Positions 1 to 14,640 of a stretch of 64,000 nt of DNA are shown one piece after another. Both the position numbers and the translations under genes were made by a program. Every line of letters starts with the position of its first letter. Positions within the stretch are counted from its first letter, which is position 1. Source of the stretch: Octopus sinensis. Taxonomy: Eukaryota. The notes under the pieces are model-generated. The model searched no databases. It worked only from the letters and a program-made list of their open reading frames with translations, and was not told the DNA's origin. The stretch covers positions 1 through 64,000 of the forward strand of contig NW_021837025.1 in NCBI RefSeq assembly GCF_006345805.1. The letters run 5' to 3'.

Positions 1-87
1 TTTCTTAAGAATCATTGCTAAGTACACTTCTTTTAAAACAGAATAAAATCATTTAGTATTTTATAAAATTTTTATTGTTTTCTTCCT

Positions 88-1030
88 AGGCGAGTTGTCT
101 GGCACCGCTCCTATCAGGACGATATGACCCGTCTTTATCGTCAAACCCACACGATAGACGAAAAAGATGAAATAAATAAAGGAGATGCAGCTATCAGCTG
201 TTTTGACAGAGCAATAGTTCGCTACCGCGGCCAACCAGTTGGAAACGATATTGAGCATTGTAGAGACTGATTCGAAAGAAACATAATATATGACAGATAC
301 ACATATTTATATCCAATCGAAGAGATTTCCGTTGCTGACATAGAGTTTTATAACGTGCTTAAGAAAATTAGTCCATGTTATTATGGTATTATCAACAGAT
401 ACTTATGCAATAGAACCAAGCAGGAGCATAACGTCTGGTTAAGGAACAAATCAGTTAATCTAGGTCCACAGAAAAACTCAAGACTTGAAGATGTGTTCAA
501 CCTTTGGTTAAGTGAAGCCTTCCTCACCCACAACCCAACTTTGCCGATCGCTTCTATTGACAGTCTTTGTTATGGAGACGACCTCCTTTGTCGTGAGTTG
601 TCCCAACAAAGATTGACTTTTCTCAATGAAGCGTTAGGTAAGGTTGTCGGTTTGGAGACCTCCCCTCCTGGTAGTTTGCCTTTCCTTGGAGGATACTTCT
701 TCCTGGATAAGGTTCCTCTTGAGATTAACTCGTTTCAAAATCCGATTAGAACTCTTCCTAAATTGTGTCTTGGTTTATCTCACCTCCAATGGCAACAACG
801 TTTGGCTGGATATTCTATTACTGACTCCTCTAATAGGAGACTATATAAAAGCGAACTACGATGGTAAGACGAAGGCATCGTTGGATACTATGGGGTACAT
901 ACTCGTCGGGAAATACAGGGAGCTTTTCAGTAATTATAATACTGAAAGGTCCGTAGAGGTTATGTGTGACGCTCTCAATATCTCAAAAGGCGTTCTCATC
1001 TGTATCCTGTACCAAGAAAACATTTATATA
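88..1030 (+). pseudogene. Endogenous viral element: decayed RNA-dependent RNA polymerase, partitivirus-like
   Basis: RdRp motifs occur in canonical order across frameshifts and stops: F-like RRVVWHRSY (88-114), A-like AISCFDRAI (190-216), B-like ITSG*GTNQL / LGPQKNSRL (~428-490), C YGDDLL (571-588), E-like PFLGGY (679-696). No introns. The right boundary is approximate. Confidence 0.6.
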
Positions 1031-1212
1031 ATAAAAAAGTATCATTCCGAAATTTTGTTGAGTAATCCAAAAAAGAATCATTTCGAAATTTTTGTAGTTG
1101 ACGTGACGGAGGCACATTAGATTTAGAAAAAGAAGAGGGGAAAATTATTAAAAAAGTACTATAAATTTTTGAAAAGTAACTCACGTCTGGACTGTGACAA
1201 TATATAAGATTC

Positions 1213-1400
1213 AAATATCACAAAAGTATAAATAAGTAAAAAAGGAGATTAAAAGAACAAAATCGAAAAATATCACAAAAAATATAAATAGATATAAGTA
1301 AAAAAGTAAATTAAAGGAACAAACTCGAAAAATATCACAAAAAGTATAAATAAGAAAAAAAAGGAGATTAAAGGAATAAAATCGAAAAATATTACAAAAA
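1213..1400. repeat. AT-rich tandem repeat of about 60 bp, roughly 3 degenerate copies
   Basis: Recurring aaatatcacaaaa...tataaata...ggagattaaa...gaacaaaatcgaaaa unit. Confidence 0.6.
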
Positions 1401-1699
1401 TGATGAACTTTCAAATAATTAAATCATTAAAAGAAAATACATCTTGTATTATTCCTTCTGAATCCAATTAAGATAAAAAATAATGCGTAGCAAAGAGAGC
1501 ACCACAAAGTAAATCGACAGCGTGCTCACACGTGGCTTAATTTATTAGATATTAGGTTTACCATTTTAAAATTAAGATAATTAATAATAATTAATGAAAA
1601 AAACTTCATTTTTATTACAAAACAGTTTTGAATGTCAGTAATTCTCACCTTTAGAGAGAGCCAGGATTCAATAATAACCAGATTATTGAAAAAGATGAT

Positions 1700-1860
1700 T
1701 TTAAATCAATTAATCTTGGCTATACCAATTGGAAACTACTTGCTCGACTTGACTGCTAAATTGGCAGCGAAGAGTGTATGCCCCCGCCTCAGCTCAGAAT
1801 TTGCTCCTTACCAACTCGGGGTGGGGATCTCCAACGGTTGCGAGTCCGACATCGTTAATT
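1700..1860 (+). mobile_element. CRE-like RLE non-LTR retrotransposon RT fragment
   Basis: AIPIGNYLLDLTAKLAAKSVCPRLSSEFAPYQLGVGISNGCE parallels RPIAVGSVFCRLASKMAC...LCPIQLGVGTPGGCE in the larger copy at 41.7-43.9 kb. Confidence 0.65.
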
Positions 1861-2119
1861 TATTTTTTGTATATCAATCCTCCCTGGTGACATAACTACC
1901 GAATTAGCAGTTATTTTGTTTTTTGCGGTGCAGGTGATTTCAATCTTCATTGCTATTTCGAATTTGGTTGGAGCGATTTATGATTTTATGCTTGAAAAGT
2001 TGAATATTTATATCATTTAATCTAAAAAAATATTGTTGTCACCACGCCTCGGAAAATAAGTGCAAAGTAAGAACACGCAATTATTAGTTATTCAATTTCC
2101 GTTTTTGTAATTTGTAGTA

Positions 2120-2311
2120 TTTTTTTACATCAAACTCATTCTCTTAGGGCCCACGTATAATGCACCGATGGGCAGATTCATGTCAACACAGAGTCTAGAT
2201 TCAGGAACTACCTCTTTAACAGGCATCAATAACACGTGCCTTGTCTTGGCTTGCATGCTTTCTAAGGTCTTCCGCAACACCAGTGTCTCGATGTATGCCT
2301 TCACCCTGTCC
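2120..2311 (-). mobile_element. 3' end of an R4-like RLE non-LTR retrotransposon
   Basis: The minus strand reads DRVKAYIETLVLRKTLESMQ...GPKRMSLM* followed by a short A-tract. It is clearly homologous at DNA level to 32725-32900 (+), whose upstream part reads KIVPVVMTRDG, the post-endonuclease motif also seen at 29.1 and 44.27 kb. Confidence 0.6.
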
Positions 2312-2851
2312 TAAATTGCATGTCAATAGAGAGCTCTTTGCCTTGCAGCTTCCAGCCCGGTTTCATCACATGAGGTCTACCCAAACACATTTTTGGACAA
2401 TCTCCAGCCGCGTTTATCATCAACCCCTCATATGAGGACCAGTAATAATTCCCGCAGTACTGGAAGCAACATGTCTTGTCAATGAGAAATGACTGATCCC
2501 ATATTGTGGTGTAGGTATCTTCCTCAAGGTGAGACAGTGAGATCTTGCTAGGCTGAATACATTGATCTCTATATAGTTCAACATATATGGACTTATTGTC
2601 ACTAAGATAACATGCCGTTGTGTTACAAACACCACCGTCAAAGACAGTGCCTGTGGGCAGGTATGTCATAGGGTCAATGATATAATGGGTGACGGAGACA
2701 GATAGGATATCATTAATCGGATATCATTAATTGAGATTTTAGACCATTTCTTCTCATCTATCATCGGAAGGAGAATGTTTCTTAACTCAACGGTAGAAAG
2801 GAAAGAGAGAAATATTGCAGAAGCAATTAAAGTGTTAACACTTAATCTCAT
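2312..2851 (-). pseudogene. Endogenous viral element: rhabdovirus-like glycoprotein (G) fragment with internal deletion
   Basis: Signal peptide MRLSVNTLIASAIFLSFLS, then ILLPMIDEKKWSKISINDIR (cf. vesiculovirus IVFP...W..V). After a jump: VSVTHYIIDPMTYLPTGTVFDGGVCNTTAC (cf. V..H.V..D.Y......F..G.C....C), then KTCCFQYCGNYY...EGLMI and a later Cys (cf. KAC.MQYC...GV...SG.W). Confidence 0.65.
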
Positions 2852-2940
2852 TTTATATGTTTTTCTTGAAACTGCAGTACAAAGACTCAGTACAGTTGCT
2901 GTGAGAATCCAATTGCATGGTCAAGGAAAAGAATGAAAAA

Positions 2941-3290
2941 ATGGTCAAGAATAATCAAAATCTCTCATCAATCAAAGCTTGTTCCAAAGTTCAAAAACGA
3001 ACATCGGTAAAGCCACAGCCCTTTTGCGAACCCATCAAAGCTGAATATCCCACAGAACCTTTCGAATGCTTGAACAAACTTTAAAAGAAAAGCATCCTAG
3101 CGTTTAAAGTAAAGAAGGAGAAAGCGCACTTGGAGTCTTTATATTACAGGATATTATTTACAGATCTTAATTGGAGAAGAAGTCAATAAATTTGCTTGAG
3201 ATAAGATGCTTCCCGCTTTGAACAAGAATAACTAAACTAGCAGGTAAATCAAATAATCCTAGGTATAGAGTCATTCCTTATAACATTATC
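2941..3290 (+). mobile_element. Possible degraded DDE integrase (Gypsy/Ginger-like) relic
   Basis: IKACSKVQKRTSVKPQPFCEPIKAEYPTEPFE resembles the segment from the end of the zinc-binding domain to the start of the core; GKSNNPR echoes SRPNNPR at 62.3 kb. Weak. Confidence 0.3.
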
Positions 3291-3539
3291 GGTATATCAA
3301 GTGGACAGGTACATACAAGAAAGAAGCTTGTTGTGAGTCTCCACAAATTGCAACGTTTACACATGTTGGGAGGGTAGGGAGTTAGGAACTTCTTGATTCG
3401 AAAATTTGAGCTAGTGATCGCCAAGTTTCTGAGTTAGATAAAAAGGCTTGTGAAGTCAGGATGACGAGCGGGATCCGCTTGATGTGTTTTGCTTCCGAAT
3501 TTAAAAATTACTTAAAGAGACTCTTGTTTGGCTCCTAAT

Positions 3540-3957
3540 CTTAATACACTGAACGTGCTCAGAGCCTATCCGGTTTATGGAAAAACGGTTCTCATTCGGT
3601 ATTGGCGTATATCTACCGACTGTACTTTGAACCGTCCATTTCCAACGCCTGCGGATCATGGGCACCGCAGCTATCGTGGTCCAACAGGAGGCGAATCGAG
3701 GATGTCCAACAAAGGGTCCACAGATTAACCGAACGTTGGTCGCACGATAACAAACGCTCGGATCTGGGTCCTCTGGAGGACCTGATGTAGCAGAATTTCA
3801 GATTGTTTGCGAATGCCGCGACAAATGCGGCCAGCCCCCGGTGGGATCTTGTGTGGGCTCGTGGAAAGATCAACGAGCAAGGATACGTTGAGTGCATCTG
3901 GATCACGTGATGTTTGTTCGGTTTTTACCGTGGTCTTGGTGTTTTAATAATAATAAT
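3540..3957 (+). mobile_element. 5'-truncated APE-type LINE 3' end with (TAA)n tail
   Basis: YRLYFEPSISNACGSWAP parallels YRQFIEPSLSYACEAWGG (59.6 kb) and YNQYLEPTIGYACGIWG (37.4 kb). It ends ggatcacgtga...ggtcttggt...taataataataat (tail 3945-3957). Confidence 0.7.
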
Positions 3958-4242
3958 TTAAACTTATAATTTTCGAAAGGCTCCTTGTGATCGTCTGATT
4001 AAATCGTTCAACAATTCCCTGACTCTTGGGATTGTTCTTCCATGTACTTCTTGAACACAAAACTCTGCATAGATGATTAAAAACCTCAAACTCAGTGTCA
4101 GTGGACATTATTTAAATGAACTGTTCGAACATTTATTTAAATTTGCAAACTAAGCAACGATTTAAATTATTAATGCTATTCAATGAATTCATCTTTATAA
4201 CAAAAAAAATTTATGTTAAAAAAAAATTTATATAATAATAAA

Positions 4243-6573
4243 TGTCACAGGTTTTATTTTGGACCAGGTTTTATTTTGGACCGAGAAAAAAAATCAATAA
4301 TAAAAATTTTATTCCACTAAAAATATATTAGTTAATGTTAAATTATACTTTTGTATAGTTTTTTCTTGATTTCATTTAGTTTTTTAAAAAATGGAAGTAT
4401 GCCCAAAGCAACCAATCAACAAATTTGATGATTACAGCGTTGCCGTTACGATATTTATTTAAAAATTGGTCTTCCATTCTAAAAAAATTAAAAACTAAAT
4501 ATAATTCTATTAATTAAAAATTTTAAAAATATAACCCTAACGCATATACATTCTAATAATAGCCCTAACACCCAAAATCCTAATTCTAAAACACCCTAAT
4601 TTTTAATTTGATTTTAAAACCCCTATTTTTAATAGTTGTCCAAACGATAAAAAACTTAATTTAATTTTAATTATAAAAATCTTAATCTCAACTAACAAAA
4701 TTTGAACCTTAACCCTGAACATTTTCTCCTTAACCCTAAACATTTTAACCCTAACCCTAAACATTTTCTCCTTAACCCTAAACAAAATTTTAACCCTAAC
4801 CCTAAACATTTTAACCTAAACCCTAAACAAATTTTTAACCCTAACCCTAAACATTTTAATTTTAACCCTAAACAAATTTTTAACCCTAACCCTAAAAAAA
4901 ATTTTAACCCTAACACTAACCCTAAACATTTTAACCTTAACCCTAAACAAATTTTTAACCCTAACCCTAAACATTTTAATTTTAACCCTAAACAAATTTT
5001 TAACCCTAACCCTAAACATTTTAATTTTAACCCTAAACAAATTTTTAACCCTAACCCTAAACATTTTAACCTTAACCCTAAACAAATTTTTAACCCTAAC
5101 CCTAAACATTTTAATTTTAACCCTAAACAAATTTTTAACCCTAACCCTAAACAAAATTTTAACCCTAACACTAACCCTAAACATTTTAACCTTAACCCTA
5201 AACAAATTTTTAACCCTAACCCTAAACATTTTAATTTTAACCCTAAACAAATTTTTAACCCTAACCCTAAACATTTTAATTTTAACCCTAAACAAATTTT
5301 TAACCCTAACCCTAAACATTTTAATTTTAACCCTAAACAAATTTTTAACCCTAACCCTAAACAAAATTTTAACCCTAACACTAACCCTAAACATTTTAAC
5401 CTTAACCCTAAACAAATTTTTAACCCTAACCCTAAACATTTTAATTTTAACCCTAAACAAATTTTTAACCCTAACCCTAAACATTTTAATTTTAACCCTA
5501 AACAAATTTTTAACCCTAACCCTAAACATTTTAATTTTAACCCTAAACAAATTTTTAACCCTAACCCTAAACAAAATTTTAACCCTAACACTAACCCTAA
5601 ACATTTTAACCTTAACCCTAAACAAATTTTTAACCCTAACCCTAAATATTTTAATTTTAACCCTAAACAAATTTTTAACCCTAACCCTTAACATTTTAAT
5701 TTTAACCCTAAACAAATTTTTAACCCTAACCCTAAACATTTTAATTTTAACCTAACCCTAAACAAATTTTAACCTAACCCTAAACATTTTAACCTAAACC
5801 CTAAACATTTTAATTTTAACCCTAAACAAATTTTTAACCCTAAACAAAATTTTAACCCTAAACAAATTTTTAACCCTAACCCTAAACAAAATTTTAACCC
5901 TAACACTAACCCTAAACATTTTAACCTTAACCCTAAACAAATTTTTAACCCTAACCCTAAACATTTTAATTTTAACCCTAAACAAAATTTTAACCCTAAC
6001 ACTAAAATCCTAATTTAAGTTAAAGTTACGTTTTCTTATTAGTAACAAAAAGGCACTCAACACATGATTTAATTACATTGAAGATTTCAGAACGTTTGAC
6101 GCAGTAAATTTTATTTCTTAATAGGCTTAACATCCGATCACGCCCAAAATGATTTTCATTATGTAATAGCTTTAAATTCAATATATTATCTTACTTTGAT
6201 AGTTTTTAGCTTAAGTTCTCTCTCTTCCGAACAAAAAAACGAAGATTTTTGTTATTCTTTACAAAATATGCCTTTTCGTCAACAAAATTAAAAAAATTTG
6301 CGATTTTTTAAGGCGATACTTTTCTCTTTTGTCCATATTGGAATCAATTAATATACTATTCTTAATATCACTGATTATTTTCAATTCTTCTCTGGTTAAA
6401 TCCACTAGAACCATTATGCACCCGTTAATTAATTAAATAAATATCAAGATTTTTTATTAATTTTATATTTTTATCTTTTTTTTTAGTGGAGAAATTTTGA
6501 AAAAATATAATTTTATTATAATCTGAGCATGTCGGTCCAAAATAAAACCTGGTCCAAAATAAAACCGGTCACA
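4243..6573. mobile_element. Non-autonomous TIR element (42-bp TIRs starting TGT) enclosing a telomere-like satellite
   Basis: The left end tgtcacaggttttattttggaccaggttttattttggaccga (4243-4284) matches the reverse complement of 6532-6573 at 40/42 positions. No clear TSD and no transposase. Confidence 0.65.
4700..6005. repeat. Interstitial telomere-like (CCCTAA/TTAGGG) satellite with a 45-bp unit and higher-order structure
   Basis: Unit aaccctaaccctaaacattttaattttaaccctaaacaaattttt. The marker variant taacactaac recurs at 4911, 5166, 5376, 5586 and 5901 (spacings 255, 210, 210, 315). Confidence 0.95.
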
Positions 6574-7210
6574 AAAATTTTCTGCATTTTGGTTAAAATG
6601 AACAACTACGATGTCCTCGACTTACATGATGAGTTCCTTAAAACCTTCCTTCCAAATAAAAATTAAAAAAAATTTTCTGCATTTTGGTTAAAATGAACAA
6701 CTATGATGTCCTCGACTTACATGATGAGGTCCTTAAAACCTTCCCCCCAAAAAAAATTAAAAAAAATTTTCTGCATTTTGGTTAAAATGAACAACTACGA
6801 TGTCCTCGACTTACATGATGAGTTCCTTAAAACCTTCCTTCCAATAAAATTAAAAAAAATTTTCTGCATTTTGGTTAAAATGAACAACTATGATGTCCTC
6901 GACTTACATGATGAGGTCCTTAAAACCTTCCCCCCAAAAAAAATTAAAAAAAATTTTCTGCATTTTGGTTAAAATGAACAACTACGATGTCCTCGACTTA
7001 CATGATGAGTTCCTTAAAACCTTCCTTCCAAATAAAAATTAAAAAAAATTTTCTGCATTTTGGTTAAAATGAACAACTATGATGTCCTCGACTTACATGA
7101 TGAGGTCCTTAAAACTTTCCCGCCAAAAAATCATAAAAATTTTTCTGCATTTGATTTAAATGAACAACGTTAATGTCCTCGACATTCATGATGAGGTCCA
7201 TTAAAACCTT
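6574..7210. repeat. About 94-bp minisatellite, roughly 7 copies, alternating A/B variants, Helitron-associated
   Basis: aaaatgaacaac recurs at about 6595, 6690, 6784, 6877, 6971, 7066 and 7157. Related degenerate units lie at 50830-51110, also just upstream of a Helitron helicase 3' end. Confidence 0.9.
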
Positions 7211-9041
7211 CGAGGCAAAAATCTCACGTATTAAAAATATCCTTGATGAAAACGACAGCGAGAATATTAACAATGATGAACTCCCAATTATTCGCGATAA
7301 AGAAATTCAATTCATCCTATGTTTTTCTCTTTAAAATTAAATGCATATATCATTATCGACCATGAATCAAAATTAAAGCTATTATCATATTTGACTTGGA
7401 CAGAATGTGCAATTACAGATTGCACGACCTTTAATAGAGTGTGCAATTAACAGATTTTGAAAAACACTTTGATAGTTTTTTTTTTCTTTGATAGTTGAAA
7501 ACACATTAGCACAATCATTAACACAATTTACCACCATTTGACAGCGCAATCAGAAGAATTTGCGTAAAAAAATTAACTATTTAGTTAAGTTTTTCGTAAA
7601 GATAGAATTTATTTTCTGTATGCCTCTTTTCCTAAACTTTTTTATTATTCAAAAATAATTTTTTAAATAGATAACCGAAGGAGGAAAAATGAAGCTGAAG
7701 AAAAAACGGTCAGCTTAAGGTAATTAATTAAATCTTTTTTGTGCGTCGCTTTTTTGGCTGCTGCTACTTCGCCTGCCGCATCTGCGCCTGCCCCATTCCC
7801 TTGAACCTGTCTTACAATACTGAACCGGTTTGTAATGTGAAAAAAAATTCAGTTGCGGGTTATAGAATTATGAATTCTAGGTTAATTGTTTGGGATGAAT
7901 GCACAATTGCTCATAAGGGCGCATTCGAAGCAGTCGACAGAACATATAGAGATATCAAGAATTGTGAGGAACTGTTGTTTGGGGGAGCAATAGTTGTATT
8001 GGCAGGTGATTTTAGACAAACTCTGCCAATTATTCAAAGAGGGACGCCTGCGGATGAATTGAATGCCTGCCTCAAATCGTCATACCTGTGGACACACGTC
8101 AAAAAGGTAAGCTTAGATGTAAATGTACGTGCACATTTACAAGGCGTCAATAGTATATTTCCAAATATCCTTTTAGATATTGGAAATGGGGCAATTACTT
8201 CAGATATACAGGATCAGAAAATCAGTCTACCGGAAGAATTATGTATATATGTGAATACAGCAGAAGAATTATTCAGTTCAGTATATTCTGAACTATCAGA
8301 ACACTACAGGAATTTCGACTGGCTTCGTGAACGAGCTATATTAGCTCCGCTAAATGATGAGGTACTTAATATAAATTTAGATTTATTAATCAAAAATCCC
8401 TGGAGAAGAAAGAATATATAAATCGGTGGACGTTATTATATACCATGAAAGAGCCTGCGAATATCCTGTTGAATTTTTAAACTCCTTAGATCCCTCTGGA
8501 ATGCCGAATCATCTTTTAAAATTAAAGATAGGCGTTCCAGTGGTTTTATTACGAAATCTTGCGCCACCTAAATTATGCAACGGAACGAGGTTAGTTATCA
8601 AAAATTTGATGGCTAACGTAATAGAGGCGACAATATTAACAGGTAAGTATAGAGGTGAGGATGTTTATATTCCACGAATTCCGATAATTTCTGATGAATT
8701 ACCATTTAGATTTAAATGGCTGCAATTTCCTTTGAGATGAGTTTTGCAATGACAATAAACAAGCCCAGGGACAGTCATTAAAGGTAGTTGGGTTATTTTT
8801 AGAGAGTGAGTGCTTTTCACATGGACAGCTGTATGTGGGATGCTCGAGGGTAGGCAGAAGAGAAAATTTATTCATATATGCCAAGGAAGGACGGACGACA
8901 AACATCGTTATCAACAGGCGATAGAATAGGGTTACATTAAACCAGGTACTTTTATACATCTACATAAACTTATAGTTGTTTGATGAAACAGGCCCTCCGC
9001 AGGAGCTAGGTCGCGGTGAGCGAAGCGAGCTGCCGAGCTAG
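6574..9041 (+). mobile_element. Helitron deletion derivative with a frameshifted PIF1-type helicase C-terminal half
   Basis: LIVWDECTIAHK, VVLAGDFRQTLPII, LKIGVPVVLLRNL...LCNGTRL, QFPLR-SFAMTINK, FSHGQLYVGCSRV. A GC-rich 3' segment (gagcgaagcgagc) is followed by the terminal CTAG at 9038-9041 and then T. The 5' end is not found. Confidence 0.9.
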
Positions 9042-9732
9042 TACATAAATAAAATAAAATCAACGTGTGCTGCTCTCCAATTGTAAGTTAAGATTGTAAG
9101 AAATCTGTCCAAAACTCTTAAAAACACAATCGGCACCCTCAGAGCGAATCTATTGTTATTTTGCGAAGTTGCAGTACGTAATCTATGAACATGTTATCAG
9201 GAAAAATATTATGCAGATGATATGGACTTATAGGATACAAAACTTTCACGGGTTGACAAGAAATTCAACAGATAAATTGAGGGAATAATTTTTTTCGGTA
9301 ATAAAGCCAAAACGGCAATTACTGGGATCCCTGCTGTGTAATACAGAAAACATCATCATAACTCAAGAATTACCAACAGTTATTTAGGATAATTAATTAG
9401 GTGATTCCAACAATCCTCAAGATCTTTCTCAGCTTTTCTCGATGTTCGACTCTGGACCCAACGCAAGTGCGGACGGCCGGGGAACAGTTTTCGTGAGGAA
9501 TTGAATCGGGGTGATGTGCTTCTGGTTGGTAAGGTCTTTGTCTTTTGGCAGGTAGTCCTGTTGGATGGCTAAGAAGCCCTTTCCATCTTTCTTGATTAGG
9601 TGATCAAGCATGGTCTAACCATCAAAAAAAACTGTTAACATTATTAAATTTAACAAACTTTATTTCATATTAAATAAAAGTACAATTTGTAATTTCTTTA
9701 ATAAATAAAATTTTTACCGAAACAAATTGACC

Positions 9733-12974
<3,242 letters not shown>

Positions 12975-13689
12975 CCAGTTTTATATTTGTTTTTTTAAAC
13001 CTTGTTCAATAATGATTTGTGCGAAAATGCAACAATCTATTAAGCTGTAGAGTTGAGTGTAATTCAGACAAATAATATCTATTAGTTTTATCCAATTTCT
13101 GTAGGTAGAACTTGTTTATGCAGAAAACATCAAAGTTAACTGTTTTTTAGTATTTTTATATTTGTTTTTTTTAAATATCCATTAGTTTAACCCAAGTTTT
13201 GTAGGTAGAACTTGTTTATACAGAATACATTAAATTTAACTGTTTGTTAGTATTAACCAGGACTATGATTTACTATAAGATTTTTAAAACTGAAAGTAAT
13301 TAGTGATCGTCCTGAGTTGCGTCATGCCAATGGATGTTGACAGTGGCCTAGTAAGGCACGTCATGTTTGAGTAAATTCAAATAATTCCACTTTTTTCTGT
13401 TCATCTGTTTGTTTTAAATTATCTGGGCGTCTGGAAAGTCTAGGATTTTTATTTTTTGAGGTTCCTTATTATCAATAGCGTTTTCGAAGAACCAAAAAGT
13501 AATTTATTTAATTGAGGTTCCAGTTTACTTCAGTTTATTCCTTCTTTTACAATTCACGAAACCAGTTGTTCTGATCAGAAATAGTTTTTTATTTTATGTT
13601 AGTAGGTGTCATTTGACTCATCCGAAAGATATTTTTTCAATATCAGCTCCATCTTGAATTTTTTAAAAGGTTTTTAGCTTTGCTCGGTT

Positions 13690-14640
13690 TTTGTAGTGCA
13701 ATTGACGTGCCATTACTTACGTCTAGTAGTGAGCTGTATTTGAGTGTTTTGTTGTATATCTCGGTTAATACCTCGGAGATCTCACTCAGTTAGAACAATG
13801 ACAGCTCGCTATAAAATAATAATCCACGTTAAAACAATTATGTTATCATAATGCCCCAAATGAGGATGTTTGTTAAAGTCGACGCACAGTACAATCTCGA
13901 AATTTAAAAAAAAGCAGAAAATTTTATTATTATTGTAGGGAAGCTATATCTGCAAATACTAATCGACTACACAAGCTCATTAATGCTTTAACGACCACAG
14001 AAGAAATAAAAATCTTGAAGTTTTTCAGAGGCCTTCAAGATGTTCCAATCACGTGAGACCAATACGATGTAATTTGCATAAAATTTATTGTTGATAGGGT
14101 GCAGGAGATCTTCCAGGAAGAGGTTGAAAAGGGCCTGAGATAGGAAGGATCCCTGGGGTACTCCGTTGAGCAAAAGTCGAGACGTAGACTTCAGGCCATC
14201 AAGGCACACCCTTCGTCCACTTAGGAAGTTGATGATCAAAGTTTTGGGTTTCCTTAGAAATTCTATTTAAAACATCTCGTTTGATAGGATCTTCCTCAAG
14301 ACAGAGGCTTTGTGTATGTCAACAAAACAAAGCACAGTCTTTAAGTGTCTTGGCTTGTTGGCAAATCTAGTACGAATGAAATCCGTTAATGTCTGTAAGT
14401 ATGTAGACGTGGACTTCTCATTTTTAAACCAATGTTGGAAAAGCCTTTCCGGTAAGAATTCTTCTATTCTTCCAAGAACTTTGACATGGAACATAACAGG
14501 GAAACAGGTCTGAAGATCCAGTTTTCTCTTAGTCTTCAAGGTTTTAGTATTGGACTTATTAGTGCCCGTTTCCATGATGACGGTATCACATTTTGGTTGA
14601 TAGACTAAAGATAGCTTTTAAAAAGATAACACCTTCTTCA
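13690..14640 (-). mobile_element. Degraded APE-type LINE RT fragment
   Basis: NFLSGRRVC...NGVPQGSFLSQALFNLFLEDL and VLCFVDIHKA parallel the copy at 37-39.7 kb. Confidence 0.75.

Noticed and set aside
2140-2311. LRKTLESMQ...KEVVP as a continuation of the rhabdovirus G (superficial likeness to a lyssavirus G helix)
   Set aside because: The same DNA occurs at 32.7 kb preceded by the RLE-retroelement motif IVPVVMTRDG rather than G sequence, so it is retroelement-derived.
4603-6002. Long ORFs of 299-329 aa (GLGLK, NPNPK, RVRVK repeats)
   Set aside because: They arise because the satellite units are multiples of 3 and lack stops. There is no start context or unique domain. TTAGGG-derived VR/GL repeats are a known translation artefact, and there is no evidence of expression.
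4700-6005. True chromosome end
   Set aside because: The repeats are interspersed with AT spacers, flanked on both sides by unique sequence and enclosed by TIRs.
6574-7210. CRISPR-like array or repeat-encoded ORF (6703-6972)
   Set aside because: The units are contiguous with no unique spacers, the context is eukaryotic, and there are no cas genes.
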